Source of the DNA: Candidatus Dojkabacteria bacterium
GTDB taxonomy: Bacteria; Patescibacteriota; Dojkabacteria; B142; JAFGFJ01
Direction: 5' to 3'
DNA length: 64,000 nucleotides
Assembly: GCA_016931155.1 (NCBI GenBank)
Contig: JAFGFJ010000002.1
Location: 385 to 64,384 of the forward strand
A program made the translations under genes and the position numbers. This document shows, piece by piece, positions 9,274 through 18,237 of this stretch (its first letter is position 1; each line of letters starts with the position of its first letter). Below the pieces are notes generated by a model. It made no database searches, was not told the DNA's origin, and saw only the letters and a list, made by a program, of their open reading frames with translations.

Positions 9274-10647
9274 CTATTTACTTGTTTGAACAACTTTTAT
9301 TTGGCACAATTCCTGAAGACCATGAATCCCCCTTTCACGTCCGATGCCGGAATTTTTATATCCGCCGAATGGATCACAAGCTAAAAAACGCGATTCGTAA
9401 TTGATGGCAATTGTCCCCGCATCAATCTTTGAAGCAACCCGTTTGGCTCTTGCGAGATCTTTCGAAATTATTCGAGCACCAAGGCCGTAAACTGTATCAT
9501 TTGCAAGTTTAATCGCCTCTTTCTCTGCTCTGAAGGTTACTATTGGTAAAATCGGCCCGAAAACCTCTTCATACCAGACTTTCATATCTGGAGTAATGCC
9601 AGTTAACAAGGTTGGTGGGAAGAATGCACCTTTTAAATCTTTTGATAGTGTACTTTGAGCTATAATTTTTGCACCTTTGTCCAACGCATCTTTAAGTTGT
9701 ATATCTAGCGATCTTAACTGCCGCTCTGCAACAAGACTTCCGAGGTCAGTTTTCGGATCAAGCGGATTACCAATTTTTTGTTTTTCAGTAAGCTCTTGTA
9801 ATTCATTTATAAGGGGAGTAGCTATTTCCTCATGAGCAATTAGTCTTTTTAAGGAAGTGCAAACCTGTCCGCAATTACGGAAACGACCGGTAAATATTAC
9901 CGGTGTCGTCTGTTCTATATTTGCATCTTCGAAAACTATACATGGGTTTGATCCACCCATTTCCAGTACGACATTAATGAGTTTGTCAGCTGCAGTTTTA
10001 TATAGAGATTGTCCTGTCCTTGTGCTACCAGTAAACCACATGAGATTAATATCAGATTTGGTTAAATATTTCCCAACATCTGCTCCACCATAAACTTCAG
10101 AAAATACTCCAGTCGGTAAATTATGTTTATTAATGATTTCTTCTAATAGCTCGCCAACCAGTGGGGTCTCTTCTGAAATTTTGAAAACTACAGTGTTACC
10201 TACTATCAAGTTAGGAAATATACCCCAAATAGACATTCCGAATGGGAAATTCCATGGAGCAATACTTGCACATACGCCATATGGCTCGTATGTCATCCAG
10301 TGTAAGGAAGTTTCATCATCTAGCGTAGTTTTATCTTTTAAAGCTATCTCTCCATTTTCCAAAAACCAAGTTAGTTCATCCGTATATCTTGTAACTTCGG
10401 AAAGGCTTTCGGTAATGACTTTCCCTGTCTCAATACTAATAAGCTCGGCAATTTCTTGCGTGCGCTCCTTAAATTCATCTCGAATTGGTGTGAGTAACTT
10501 AACGCGTTCTTTTACACCAAACTTTTTCCATAGTTCTTTCGACTTATTTGCCTGGAGAACTTTTCCATCAATTTCTTCTGGTGTCGATACCTTAACCTCT
10601 CCAATTTTTTTGTAACTGTTAGCTGGATTTGTTGATATTAGTTTCAT
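9274..10647 (-). CDS. NAD(P)-dependent aldehyde dehydrogenase family protein
   Basis: ALDH motifs VVLEMGGSNPCIVFEDAN (ELGGKSP-like, catalytic Cys nearby) and FTGSTRTG. About 457 aa. Confidence 0.85.
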   Translation of the reverse strand: MKLISTNPANSYKKIGEVKVSTPEEIDGKVLQANKSKELWKKFGVKERVKLLTPIRDEFKERTQEIAELISIETGKVITESLSEVTRYTDELTWFLENGEIALKDKTTLDDETSLHWMTYEPYGVCASIAPWNFPFGMSIWGIFPNLIVGNTVVFKISEETPLVGELLEEIINKHNLPTGVFSEVYGGADVGKYLTKSDINLMWFTGSTRTGQSLYKTAADKLINVVLEMGGSNPCIVFEDANIEQTTPVIFTGRFRNCGQVCTSLKRLIAHEEIATPLINELQELTEKQKIGNPLDPKTDLGSLVAERQLRSLDIQLKDALDKGAKIIAQSTLSKDLKGAFFPPTLLTGITPDMKVWYEEVFGPILPIVTFRAEKEAIKLANDTVYGLGARIISKDLARAKRVASKIDAGTIAINYESRFLACDPFGGYKNSGIGRERGIHGLQELCQIKVVQTSK

Positions 10648-10738
10648 TATTTACAATTATACCCTCAAATTGAAATAAATTGAAAACGAATATTACTTTA
10701 AATAACATTAGTTTAATCAATTGATTATTGATGTTAAG

Positions 10739-10848
10739 AATAATCCGGAAATAATCTCAGCAATTGCTCCAACTGTCTAATAAATTCCTCCGGGAATTTG
10801 ATACAATCAGTCCAAGAAAAAGTTCGGAGGCTGTCCCATGCACCCAGC
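10739..10848 (+). repeat. Direct repeat R1 (~110 nt), ~85% identical to R2 at 13059-13166
   Basis: Shares ATAATYCGGAAATAAT..GCAATTGCTCCAACTG..ATAAATTCC.CCGGRAATTTGATRCAATCAGTCCA.G.AAAAGTTCGGARGCTGTCCCATGCACCCAGC with R2. Confidence 0.8.
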
Positions 10849-10965
10849 CAAAACCCCAATAGTGCTACCCGGTGGACACATTCAAAATTATTCTATATAA
10901 AAATAATTTTGGTATTTTGAATTCACAAATAGAAATCCTACTAAAAATGAGCTAAAATACGCTCA

Positions 10966-11532
10966 ATGATACAAAAAACATTACGAGATAAACTTATAAA
11001 GGAATCGAGATATATAATGAGTCAAGATAAAATGTATCATGATTTTGCACATGCATTTTCTGTTTATAAAAATGCACAAATACTATTAGAAAAATTAGGA
11101 GGAGATGAAATAATTATACTAACATCTGCTTTATTTCATGACATCGCACGTGATCAGGATAACCATGAAAAAATTGGTGCTCGCATGCTTGAAGATATTT
11201 TAAGTAACATCAAGGAATTCCCTAAGAGTAAAATTAAGGTCACGTGCAAAGCTGTCGAGAGGCATGAGAAGGGACAAATTACTCATGAAGAAAAAATTCT
11301 TTCAGATGCGGATAAGATGGATGCCTTCAACGAACTCGGCGTTGCGAGAGGTTTAATGATGGCAGCAAAGCGAGGTCCAACACTACATGAATCAATTAGT
11401 TCTTATCTGCAACTTTGTAGGGAAAAATGGTATAAAAACATGCATTTTGATATCTCAAGAGAATTGATAGCAGAGGACAAACAGAGGACCGAAAAATTGC
11501 TCGATGAGATGCTAGACAAATACAGTACTTAA
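10966..11532 (+). CDS. HD-domain phosphohydrolase superfamily protein
   Basis: H...HD (FAHAFSV; LFHDIARD) and a downstream D (SDADKMD), the typical HD metal-ligand arrangement. 188 aa. Confidence 0.6.
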   Translation: MIQKTLRDKLIKESRYIMSQDKMYHDFAHAFSVYKNAQILLEKLGGDEIIILTSALFHDIARDQDNHEKIGARMLEDILSNIKEFPKSKIKVTCKAVERHEKGQITHEEKILSDADKMDAFNELGVARGLMMAAKRGPTLHESISSYLQLCREKWYKNMHFDISRELIAEDKQRTEKLLDEMLDKYST

Positions 11533-11699
11533 ACGCTAAAATTTCCTTTATTCTCCTCGATAGAGTCTATTTCTTTTGTATCATAAGTCCTCCGAAGGTT
11601 TAGACAATTCGAACCTATGGTTTATGCAAACTCGGAATTGTATTCCAAATTTACTTATTATATAACCTTAGGAGTGCTCCTACGCCCATTCCTAAGGTA

Positions 11700-12971
11700 T
11701 TGTATTACGTTAGGAATAATGTTAATATGATTCCTATGGAAGTAACAGAACAACAAAAAAAAGCAATAGAACTTCTTAACCCTTGGCATACAGGCAAAAA
11801 GGTAGACTTAGGCATTCTTCGTACTGGATATCTAACAAAAATCTCTGATATCGTTAATACAAGGAAACAAATCCTTTTTATCCTTGGTTCACGTAGAGTT
11901 GGTAAAACGGTTACTTTATTTCAATATATTCACCAATTAATCAACCAAGGGGTTAGTCCTAAAACAATTTTATTCCTTAGTTTAGATAATACAAATTTAG
12001 AAGGATTAGATCTTTTTACATACTTAACTGAATCAAAATATAAATATATCTTTTTAGATGAAGTCCACTATTTCCCAAAATGGGCACAAATATTGAAGTC
12101 TTTGTATGATCTTCCTAATAATCGGTCGAAAATAATCTGTTCTGGATCTTCAAGTAAGCTTATCGAAGACAACAAAGCTTTTTTAACGGGAAGAAGTACT
12201 TCGATTACTATATACCCGCTTTCTTATATAGAATTCCAAAAATTCAACAAAAATAGTGATAAGTTAGATGATTATCTCTACTACGGAGGATATCCTGAAT
12301 ATGTTCTTGAAAAACAACCCAATTATCTCAATGAGTTATTAAGAGATGTGATTGAGAAAGATATCTCAAAATTACATAGTATTAAAAATAATAAATATCT
12401 TTTTGATATTTGTGAAATTTTGGCTAAGCAAATTGGTTTTAAAGGATCATCAAACAAGATAGCAAAAGTTCTTGGACTAGATAATAAAACTGCACTAAAT
12501 TATATTGAATATCTTAGAGAGGTAAAACTGATAGAAACAGTATACCAATATTCAGATAGCCTAAATGAACGATTATATGCACCAAAGAAATACTATTTTA
12601 ACGATCTAGGCATGAGGAATAGTTTCGTAGGTTTTTCAGACATAGGATCATTAGTAGAAAATGCAGTTTTCATAAAACTAGATGAACTATACGGAAGCGA
12701 AAATATTTATTATCTATCTGATACTACCGCAAACGAAGTGGACTTTGTCGTTACAATGAAAAACGATGAGGTAATATTTATTGAGTCAAAATACAGGGAT
12801 CTGCAAGAAAGTATTCTAAATAGTTTGAGTAAGTCTTTTTCAAAAGATATTTTTAGTAAAAAAGTTGCGAGAAGAGTTGTTATTACAAATAGTGTTGACG
12901 AAAAAATCAATTTCAAAAATGTTGAAATAGAACTTATCAGTCTTGTGAAATTTTTAGAAAGGTCCCTGTAA
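11700..12971 (+). CDS. AAA-family ATPase with a DUF4143-type C-terminal domain. The likely start is the internal MIPMEV at 11727.
   Basis: Walker A LGSRRVGKT, Walker B FLDEVHYF and a C-terminal restriction-endonuclease-like region. This family is often found in mobile or defence contexts. Confidence 0.7.
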   Translation: MYYVRNNVNMIPMEVTEQQKKAIELLNPWHTGKKVDLGILRTGYLTKISDIVNTRKQILFILGSRRVGKTVTLFQYIHQLINQGVSPKTILFLSLDNTNLEGLDLFTYLTESKYKYIFLDEVHYFPKWAQILKSLYDLPNNRSKIICSGSSSKLIEDNKAFLTGRSTSITIYPLSYIEFQKFNKNSDKLDDYLYYGGYPEYVLEKQPNYLNELLRDVIEKDISKLHSIKNNKYLFDICEILAKQIGFKGSSNKIAKVLGLDNKTALNYIEYLREVKLIETVYQYSDSLNERLYAPKKYYFNDLGMRNSFVGFSDIGSLVENAVFIKLDELYGSENIYYLSDTTANEVDFVVTMKNDEVIFIESKYRDLQESILNSLSKSFSKDIFSKKVARRVVITNSVDEKINFKNVEIELISLVKFLERSL

Positions 12972-13058
12972 TTGGGCAACATTAACTTCAATGCCAGTCA
13001 AATTTGGTGCGTCCCACTCACCAAATTATACAAAATACAGTGAGTGCCGGTATTACGT

Positions 13059-13166
13059 ATAATTCGGAAATAATTTTGCAATTGCTCCAACTGCCATATA
13101 AATTCCCCCGGAAATTTGATGCAATCAGTCCAGGGAAAAGTTCGGAAGCTGTCCCATGCACCCAGC
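13059..13166 (+). repeat. Direct repeat R2, copy of R1
   Basis: See R1. It lies between the AAA ATPase stop and the response-regulator start, in the same orientation as R1. Confidence 0.8.
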
Positions 13167-13204
13167 TTCACACCATTTTCACAACCAACTATGTATAATT
13201 AGAC

Positions 13205-13870
13205 ATGAAAATACTGATTGTCGAGGACGAGGACGCCATACGGGAAGTGGAGAAAGCATATCTTGCTCGTACAGGCTATAAAATCGTCGAGGCAAAAAGC
13301 GGTCAGGAAGCAATGATTAAATTTAGAAAGAGCAAATTTGATCTTATCATTCTTGATTTAAATCTGCCAGGGAAAGAAGGAATAGCAGTGTGTAGAGAGA
13401 TAAGGCAGATCTCAACAGTACCAATAATAATGGTCACTGCAAGAGTCGAGGAAATCGATGAAATAATCGGACTTGAAATAGGCGCAGATGACTACATCAA
13501 AAAACCTTTTTCTCCTGGCATCCTTGTTGCAAGAGTAAACTCACACCTTAGAAAAGCAAAAAGATACTCCATCAAAATAAATGGTCTGGTAATTGATCCA
13601 GAAAAAATGATCGTCGTAAAAAACAACAAAATAATCACTTTAACGACAACTCAGTTTAATATTCTCTATACTCTTGCCACACATCCCGGAAAGGTATATA
13701 CGAGAGATGAGATACTAAACCATGCATATGACAAGTCACTGCCTCCTGATATTCTTGATAGAACTGTTGACGCACATGTAAAGAGCATAAGAAAAGCAAT
13801 TGAGGCAGATCCTGCCAATCCTGAATACATTTTAACTGTTATTGGGAAAGGATATAAATTCCATGAATAA
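13205..13870 (+). CDS. OmpR-family two-component response regulator (receiver plus winged helix)
   Basis: Receiver motifs MKILIVEDED and DLIILDLNLPG, with a C-terminal OmpR/PhoB-type DNA-binding domain. Confidence 0.9.
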   Translation: MKILIVEDEDAIREVEKAYLARTGYKIVEAKSGQEAMIKFRKSKFDLIILDLNLPGKEGIAVCREIRQISTVPIIMVTARVEEIDEIIGLEIGADDYIKKPFSPGILVARVNSHLRKAKRYSIKINGLVIDPEKMIVVKNNKIITLTTTQFNILYTLATHPGKVYTRDEILNHAYDKSLPPDILDRTVDAHVKSIRKAIEADPANPEYILTVIGKGYKFHE

Positions 13871-14984
13871 AACTGCCTTCAAAATAACATTAATAATTGC
13901 CGTATTTTGCACAACACTTCTTGCACTATTGAACTTTATGGTAATAGAAAGAAGCAGAAAAGCCTTTATTGAGGTAATCAATAGGGGAGCAATAAGAGTA
14001 GAAAGACCTATCGATGAGTTTGATAACCGACAGGGACAATTCATTTTTGAAACATCGGATAGAGATGCTGACGACACAAAAAGAACAAGGGGTCCAATCG
14101 AGACCTTCACTGCAACTTTCCAAAAATCTCTTCTTCTAATAAACCTGATAGGAATAATAGCATCGGTGGGAATTGGTTTTCTTGCAGCTCGCATTATTAC
14201 AGAACCACTGGGTCAGCTTGAGAAAGGAGTTAAAAAACTTCAGGAAAATGACTACAAGTTTAAGCTTGGCAAAACAGGTACTCATGAATTTGACAAAGTA
14301 ATCGATGAGTTTAACCATTTGACAACGGAACTGGAACGAGTTGAAACACTGCGAAAAGACCTGATATCAGACACAACTCATGAACTCAAGACTCCAGTTA
14401 CAAGCCTTATCGGACAGCTTGAGGGGATCAAAGACGGGGTTTTAAAACCCGACAAAAAAAGATTACAAGTATTAATAGATCAGGTAAACAGGCTTGATGA
14501 TTTGGTCGAGAGAATGCAAGAATACTCAAGATTAAGAAGCAAAACTGCGAAATTGAAAATTGTAAGCTTTTTACTTAAACCTTTCTTAAGAGAATTAATA
14601 AAGCCTTACAGTAGAGAATTAAAAGGAATTAAGATAATTCTGGAAATTAATCCTGACTACTTTCTCAAAGCAGATAAGTCACTGTTCGAAAGAGTAATAA
14701 TAAATCTTCTAGAGAACTCACTAAAGTATTCCAGGGGAAATATAATTACAATCAAAGCAAATGAGAATACAATAACTTTTGAAGATAACGGGATAGGTAT
14801 TCCTGCAAATAATATGCCATATATTTTCGAAAGGTTTTACAGAGTAGAAAAATCACGGAATAGAAAGACAGGAGGACTTGGACTGGGACTGGCAATAGTT
14901 AAAGAAATCATAGAAGCACACGGATGGAAGATAGAAGCTCATAATGGTAAAAAGAGTGGACTATGTTATACCATTAAATTCTAA
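13842..14984 (+). CDS. Sensor histidine kinase (2 TM helices, HAMP-like region, HisKA, HATPase_c)
   Basis: H-box HELKTPVTSL. N, G1 and G2 boxes (ENSLKYS, FEDNGIGIP, GGLGLGLAIVKEII). Overlaps the regulator gene by 29 nt. Confidence 0.85.
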   Translation: MGKDINSMNKTAFKITLIIAVFCTTLLALLNFMVIERSRKAFIEVINRGAIRVERPIDEFDNRQGQFIFETSDRDADDTKRTRGPIETFTATFQKSLLLINLIGIIASVGIGFLAARIITEPLGQLEKGVKKLQENDYKFKLGKTGTHEFDKVIDEFNHLTTELERVETLRKDLISDTTHELKTPVTSLIGQLEGIKDGVLKPDKKRLQVLIDQVNRLDDLVERMQEYSRLRSKTAKLKIVSFLLKPFLRELIKPYSRELKGIKIILEINPDYFLKADKSLFERVIINLLENSLKYSRGNIITIKANENTITFEDNGIGIPANNMPYIFERFYRVEKSRNRKTGGLGLGLAIVKEIIEAHGWKIEAHNGKKSGLCYTIKF

Positions 14985-15010
14985 AAGTTTTTATTAAGGT
15001 ATAGCCATCT

Positions 15011-15058
15011 ACTGAGACTCCGAGCTTCGCCCATAGGTTTAAAATCGGTTATACTAAT
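15011..15058 (+). repeat. ~48-nt conserved intergenic repeat, copy 1 (second copy at 30249-30298)
   Basis: ACTGAGACTCCGAGCTTCGCCCATAGGTTTAAAATCGGTTATACTAA versus ACTGAGACTTTACGGGCTTCGCCCGTAGGTTTAAGATCGGTTATACTAA. Confidence 0.75.
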
Positions 15059-15064
15059 TATCAT

Positions 15065-15095
15065 GAGCAGCCCCGATTTTCAATCGGGGCTGCTC
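15065..15095. terminator. Perfect 13-bp stem hairpin between the convergent histidine-kinase and ABC-permease genes. It has no U-tract, so it may act as a bidirectional terminator or RNA-stability element.
   Basis: GAGCAGCCCCGATT-TTCA-AATCGGGGCTGCTC. Confidence 0.5.
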
Positions 15096-15105
15096 TAAAC
15101 TATAC

Positions 15106-16926
15106 TCACTCACCTCTTATTGCCTCTACCGGACTAGTGTTTGCTGCATGATTTGCAGGTATTAGACTTATAGTAATTGCTATCACAAATAATAGGATAG
15201 AATACAATCCAAACATCTGCCAATCGATATGATTAAAAATAGAACTGTCTACAGGATTCACCACAGAGAAAGCCTCCTCAAGCGTCTTTGACAGGAAATT
15301 ATTAAAAGCAATATTCATAGCTCCTGAAAGCCCAATTGTTGTTGCTATTCCTCCAGCTGCTCCTATAACATACCCCACCAGAGTATACAAAACAGCTTGT
15401 GAAATAAATAATATTCTTATATTTGACTTTGTCATCCCAAGTGCCCTGTGTATACCTATTTCTCTTTTTGCTTCACTAACAAATTTTCCCATCGTAAATA
15501 TAGTTACAACAATACTCAGTCCAATAAAAACGATAGAAGTCAGTAACACAACTGTACTCAATGTAGACTTCAATTCATCAATTACATCAAGATCACTTAA
15601 ATCCTGGTAGGCATAACCCAAGTCGTTTAATTGATGAATCACGTCAGTCCTGGAATAAATATCCTTTACCCTGATAAAAATAGTCGTCCCCGTAATTGCA
15701 GAATTATCATAAACCGACACATCATTAATTTCCCCAACCACGTTACCTTCATCATCGAACTCTATTACAAGCCCTGGAATCGCATAGCTTTCAGAGTTAC
15801 TGTCAGAACTATTCATCGCATTTCCAGATCCAAATCCAACCATTCTCCCCATTTTAGGCACATTAAACCCACTTCCACTTGACAAACTTAAACCATCATA
15901 CGTCATACCGGTAAAGTTGTTATTTAATAGATCCGTGTCCAGAGTCTTTGAAGTTCTTGCCTCAATTTGATTTTGAATATAGCCTTTCATCAACTCGCTC
16001 GCAGCCTCTTCAGGTATGTAAGAAGATCTCTCCATCGCATTTTCAATTAGACCGACAACCTTAAAAGTATAAGCCATCGGAGTATTTATTTTTTCATAAT
16101 CCCAATAAGGAGATATTGCTGCAATCCTGTCAGCTTCATTTTGAGCGATTTCATCTTCAGTCAATCTAGTAAATATCATGCCTGTATTACCAGGTTCTGT
16201 TGTAAATGTTTGAATTTCATCTAAACCTCCTATTTCCAAAATAATTTCTTTTCCAATCAAATCCTTTTTTTCATAATCAATAGCTTTCGTCTTCACTGGA
16301 GAATCCTCATTTTGACCTGAACTACCCACAGCAGCACCTTCCCCTGGTCTTCTCATCTCAAACTTCACAGTAATACTTTCCTTCCCTTGCCAATCCTCAT
16401 ACCTCTGCATAAAATCATTTGCATTTATTACAATAGGAATTGCCCGTCCCTCTGTATAAGAAAAGTCATCAACTGTATATTGAGAAGCAAAACCTTTATC
16501 AATCCCAACAAGCTGATTCACACTTGTAGAGATATTCTCAAAAAGACTTGTAGTATTGATACGTGATATGGGAAGAGTGGAAAGAATACTTGCATTTATA
16601 ACTCCATCAATTGATTCAATTTTATCAACATCACTGGATGAAAAGTTTTCTTCCGTTGAACTACTTTGACCAAATCTAACTTGAGAACCACCACCTTCTC
16701 CAGATCTTTGAAAGGTTGGCTGTTTCGTAAGTTCTAGAGTCAATGCCTGATCAGTCAGCGTTCCAAATATACTTTCCTCCGATGCTTTCAAAATATTTTT
16801 CGCTTCACTTGTAATAACTATACTAAGGCCTACAAGCAAAGCAACAGGAATAATCAAAAACATTGCTTTTTTCTTGTGGGAAAAAAGCTTTTTTATGTTT
16901 AAATAAAATGAATTAACAATGTTCAT
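15106..16926 (-). CDS. ABC transporter permease, MacB/FtsX family, with a large extracytoplasmic domain
   Basis: N-terminal TM helix, ~400-aa extracellular domain and a C-terminal FtsX-like helical bundle (GIHRALGMTKSNIRILFISQA). Confidence 0.8.
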   Translation of the reverse strand: MNIVNSFYLNIKKLFSHKKKAMFLIIPVALLVGLSIVITSEAKNILKASEESIFGTLTDQALTLELTKQPTFQRSGEGGGSQVRFGQSSSTEENFSSSDVDKIESIDGVINASILSTLPISRINTTSLFENISTSVNQLVGIDKGFASQYTVDDFSYTEGRAIPIVINANDFMQRYEDWQGKESITVKFEMRRPGEGAAVGSSGQNEDSPVKTKAIDYEKKDLIGKEIILEIGGLDEIQTFTTEPGNTGMIFTRLTEDEIAQNEADRIAAISPYWDYEKINTPMAYTFKVVGLIENAMERSSYIPEEAASELMKGYIQNQIEARTSKTLDTDLLNNNFTGMTYDGLSLSSGSGFNVPKMGRMVGFGSGNAMNSSDSNSESYAIPGLVIEFDDEGNVVGEINDVSVYDNSAITGTTIFIRVKDIYSRTDVIHQLNDLGYAYQDLSDLDVIDELKSTLSTVVLLTSIVFIGLSIVVTIFTMGKFVSEAKREIGIHRALGMTKSNIRILFISQAVLYTLVGYVIGAAGGIATTIGLSGAMNIAFNNFLSKTLEEAFSVVNPVDSSIFNHIDWQMFGLYSILLFVIAITISLIPANHAANTSPVEAIRGE

Positions 16927-16962
16927 GTCAATGAAATTAATAATTAAAAATAATCATGCAAT

Positions 16963-17619
16963 TTACTTAATTGCACCTTTATCAAGCCTTAAAGTATTTT
17001 TAAACTGCCTGCTGATAGACTCATCATGTGTAATAGTAACAACACTTACCCCACTCTTTGCAATCATGTCAAAGATTTCTACAACCTTCTCAGCATTTCC
17101 ACGATCAAGATTTCCAGTAGGCTCGTCAGCGAGAATAAGACTTGGATTGTTAGCCAAAGCCCTGGCTATTGCAACCCTTTGCATCTCACCACCGGACATG
17201 AATTTAGGCTTATAATTTAGCCGATCCTGTAAACCCATTCGTACAAGAAGCTTTTCAGCCTCTTTCAGAGACTCCAGTCGAGGTCTTCCAGAAATTAGAA
17301 GAGGAAAAGCGACATTTTCTTTCGCAGTAAAAAAATCATGCAGGTTGAAAAATTGGAAAATGAATCCAATCGTTTTATTCCTGAATTCTGAAAGCTCTTT
17401 ATCAGAAAGTTTGGAAATCTCCTTGCCTGCAACTATTATTTTACCCCCTGTAGGTTTATCAAGACCCCCAAGCAGATTAAGAAAAGTTGATTTGCCTGAG
17501 CCTGAAGGTCCAATAACAGCAAGACTTTCCCCAACTGGAAGCCTATATGTAATACTATTAAGCGCTTTAACGTGCGGATACTTCTTAGAAACCGACTCAA
17601 GTTCAATAATATTTTTCAC
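16963..17619 (-). CDS. ABC transporter ATP-binding protein (MacB/LolD-like)
   Basis: Walker A GPSGSGKST, ABC signature LSGGEMQRVAIARAL, Walker B LILADEPTGNLD. Confidence 0.9.
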   Translation of the reverse strand: MKNIIELESVSKKYPHVKALNSITYRLPVGESLAVIGPSGSGKSTFLNLLGGLDKPTGGKIIVAGKEISKLSDKELSEFRNKTIGFIFQFFNLHDFFTAKENVAFPLLISGRPRLESLKEAEKLLVRMGLQDRLNYKPKFMSGGEMQRVAIARALANNPSLILADEPTGNLDRGNAEKVVEIFDMIAKSGVSVVTITHDESISRQFKNTLRLDKGAIK

Positions 17620-17830
17620 TGGTTTAAGAGATAAAGTAAAATAACTATGTGAAATTTAACCTTATTGTATGAATTTAGTTTGAAGAAAGGGAAAATATTT
17701 AATTGACGAACCTATAGCCGGGAAGGAAGAAATCTCTCCAAGAATCACATGCTTCAAAAAAGCTCAAAAACGATCAGATACGCCATAACGTTATGAAATA
17801 ACCGACATTTTTATCAACAACATCTTTAAT

Positions 17831-18190
17831 TTAGGCAACCCCTTTATATTTCCAAACCTGAAATTTATAAGTTGGCGTAATTAAAGAAAGAATACCAATA
17901 GGTAAATCTTTTATTGGACATCCCCTAAAATATTCTACCCCAAGCTTCATAAATCGCACTTCAACCAGCTCAAAACCCTTTTTATTGGCAAGTCTCTCAG
18001 TACACTCGTCTGATCTCAACATAAACGTCGTCTTTGTACGCACACTGCCATATCGCATTGGCATTTCATATACTACTTTTGTTGTTTCAAAATCATCAAT
18101 TCCTAATACATCACTACCCGCATTTTCATTAGAAACACTTGTAATAAAGTGTCCCCCTGGTTTCAATACAGAAGCCACATTTTCAAACAC
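17831..18190 (-). pseudogene. 3' remnant of a class I SAM-dependent methyltransferase gene. The N-terminal SAM-binding half is missing.
   Basis: The frame opens with GTG directly after an in-frame TGA. The product VFENVASVLKPGGHFI... matches only the post-motif-III C-terminal part of methyltransferases. It sits 47 nt from the divergent asnS start. Confidence 0.55.
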
Positions 18191-18237
18191 CTGAGACAGC
18201 AGTTTTCAAATACACTTATTTAAGCTAAACTTTACCT

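Noticed and set aside
18190-18237. Regulatory leader (T-box or similar) upstream of asnS
   Set aside because: Only 47 nt separate the methyltransferase remnant from the asnS ATG, which is too short for a T-box or riboswitch.
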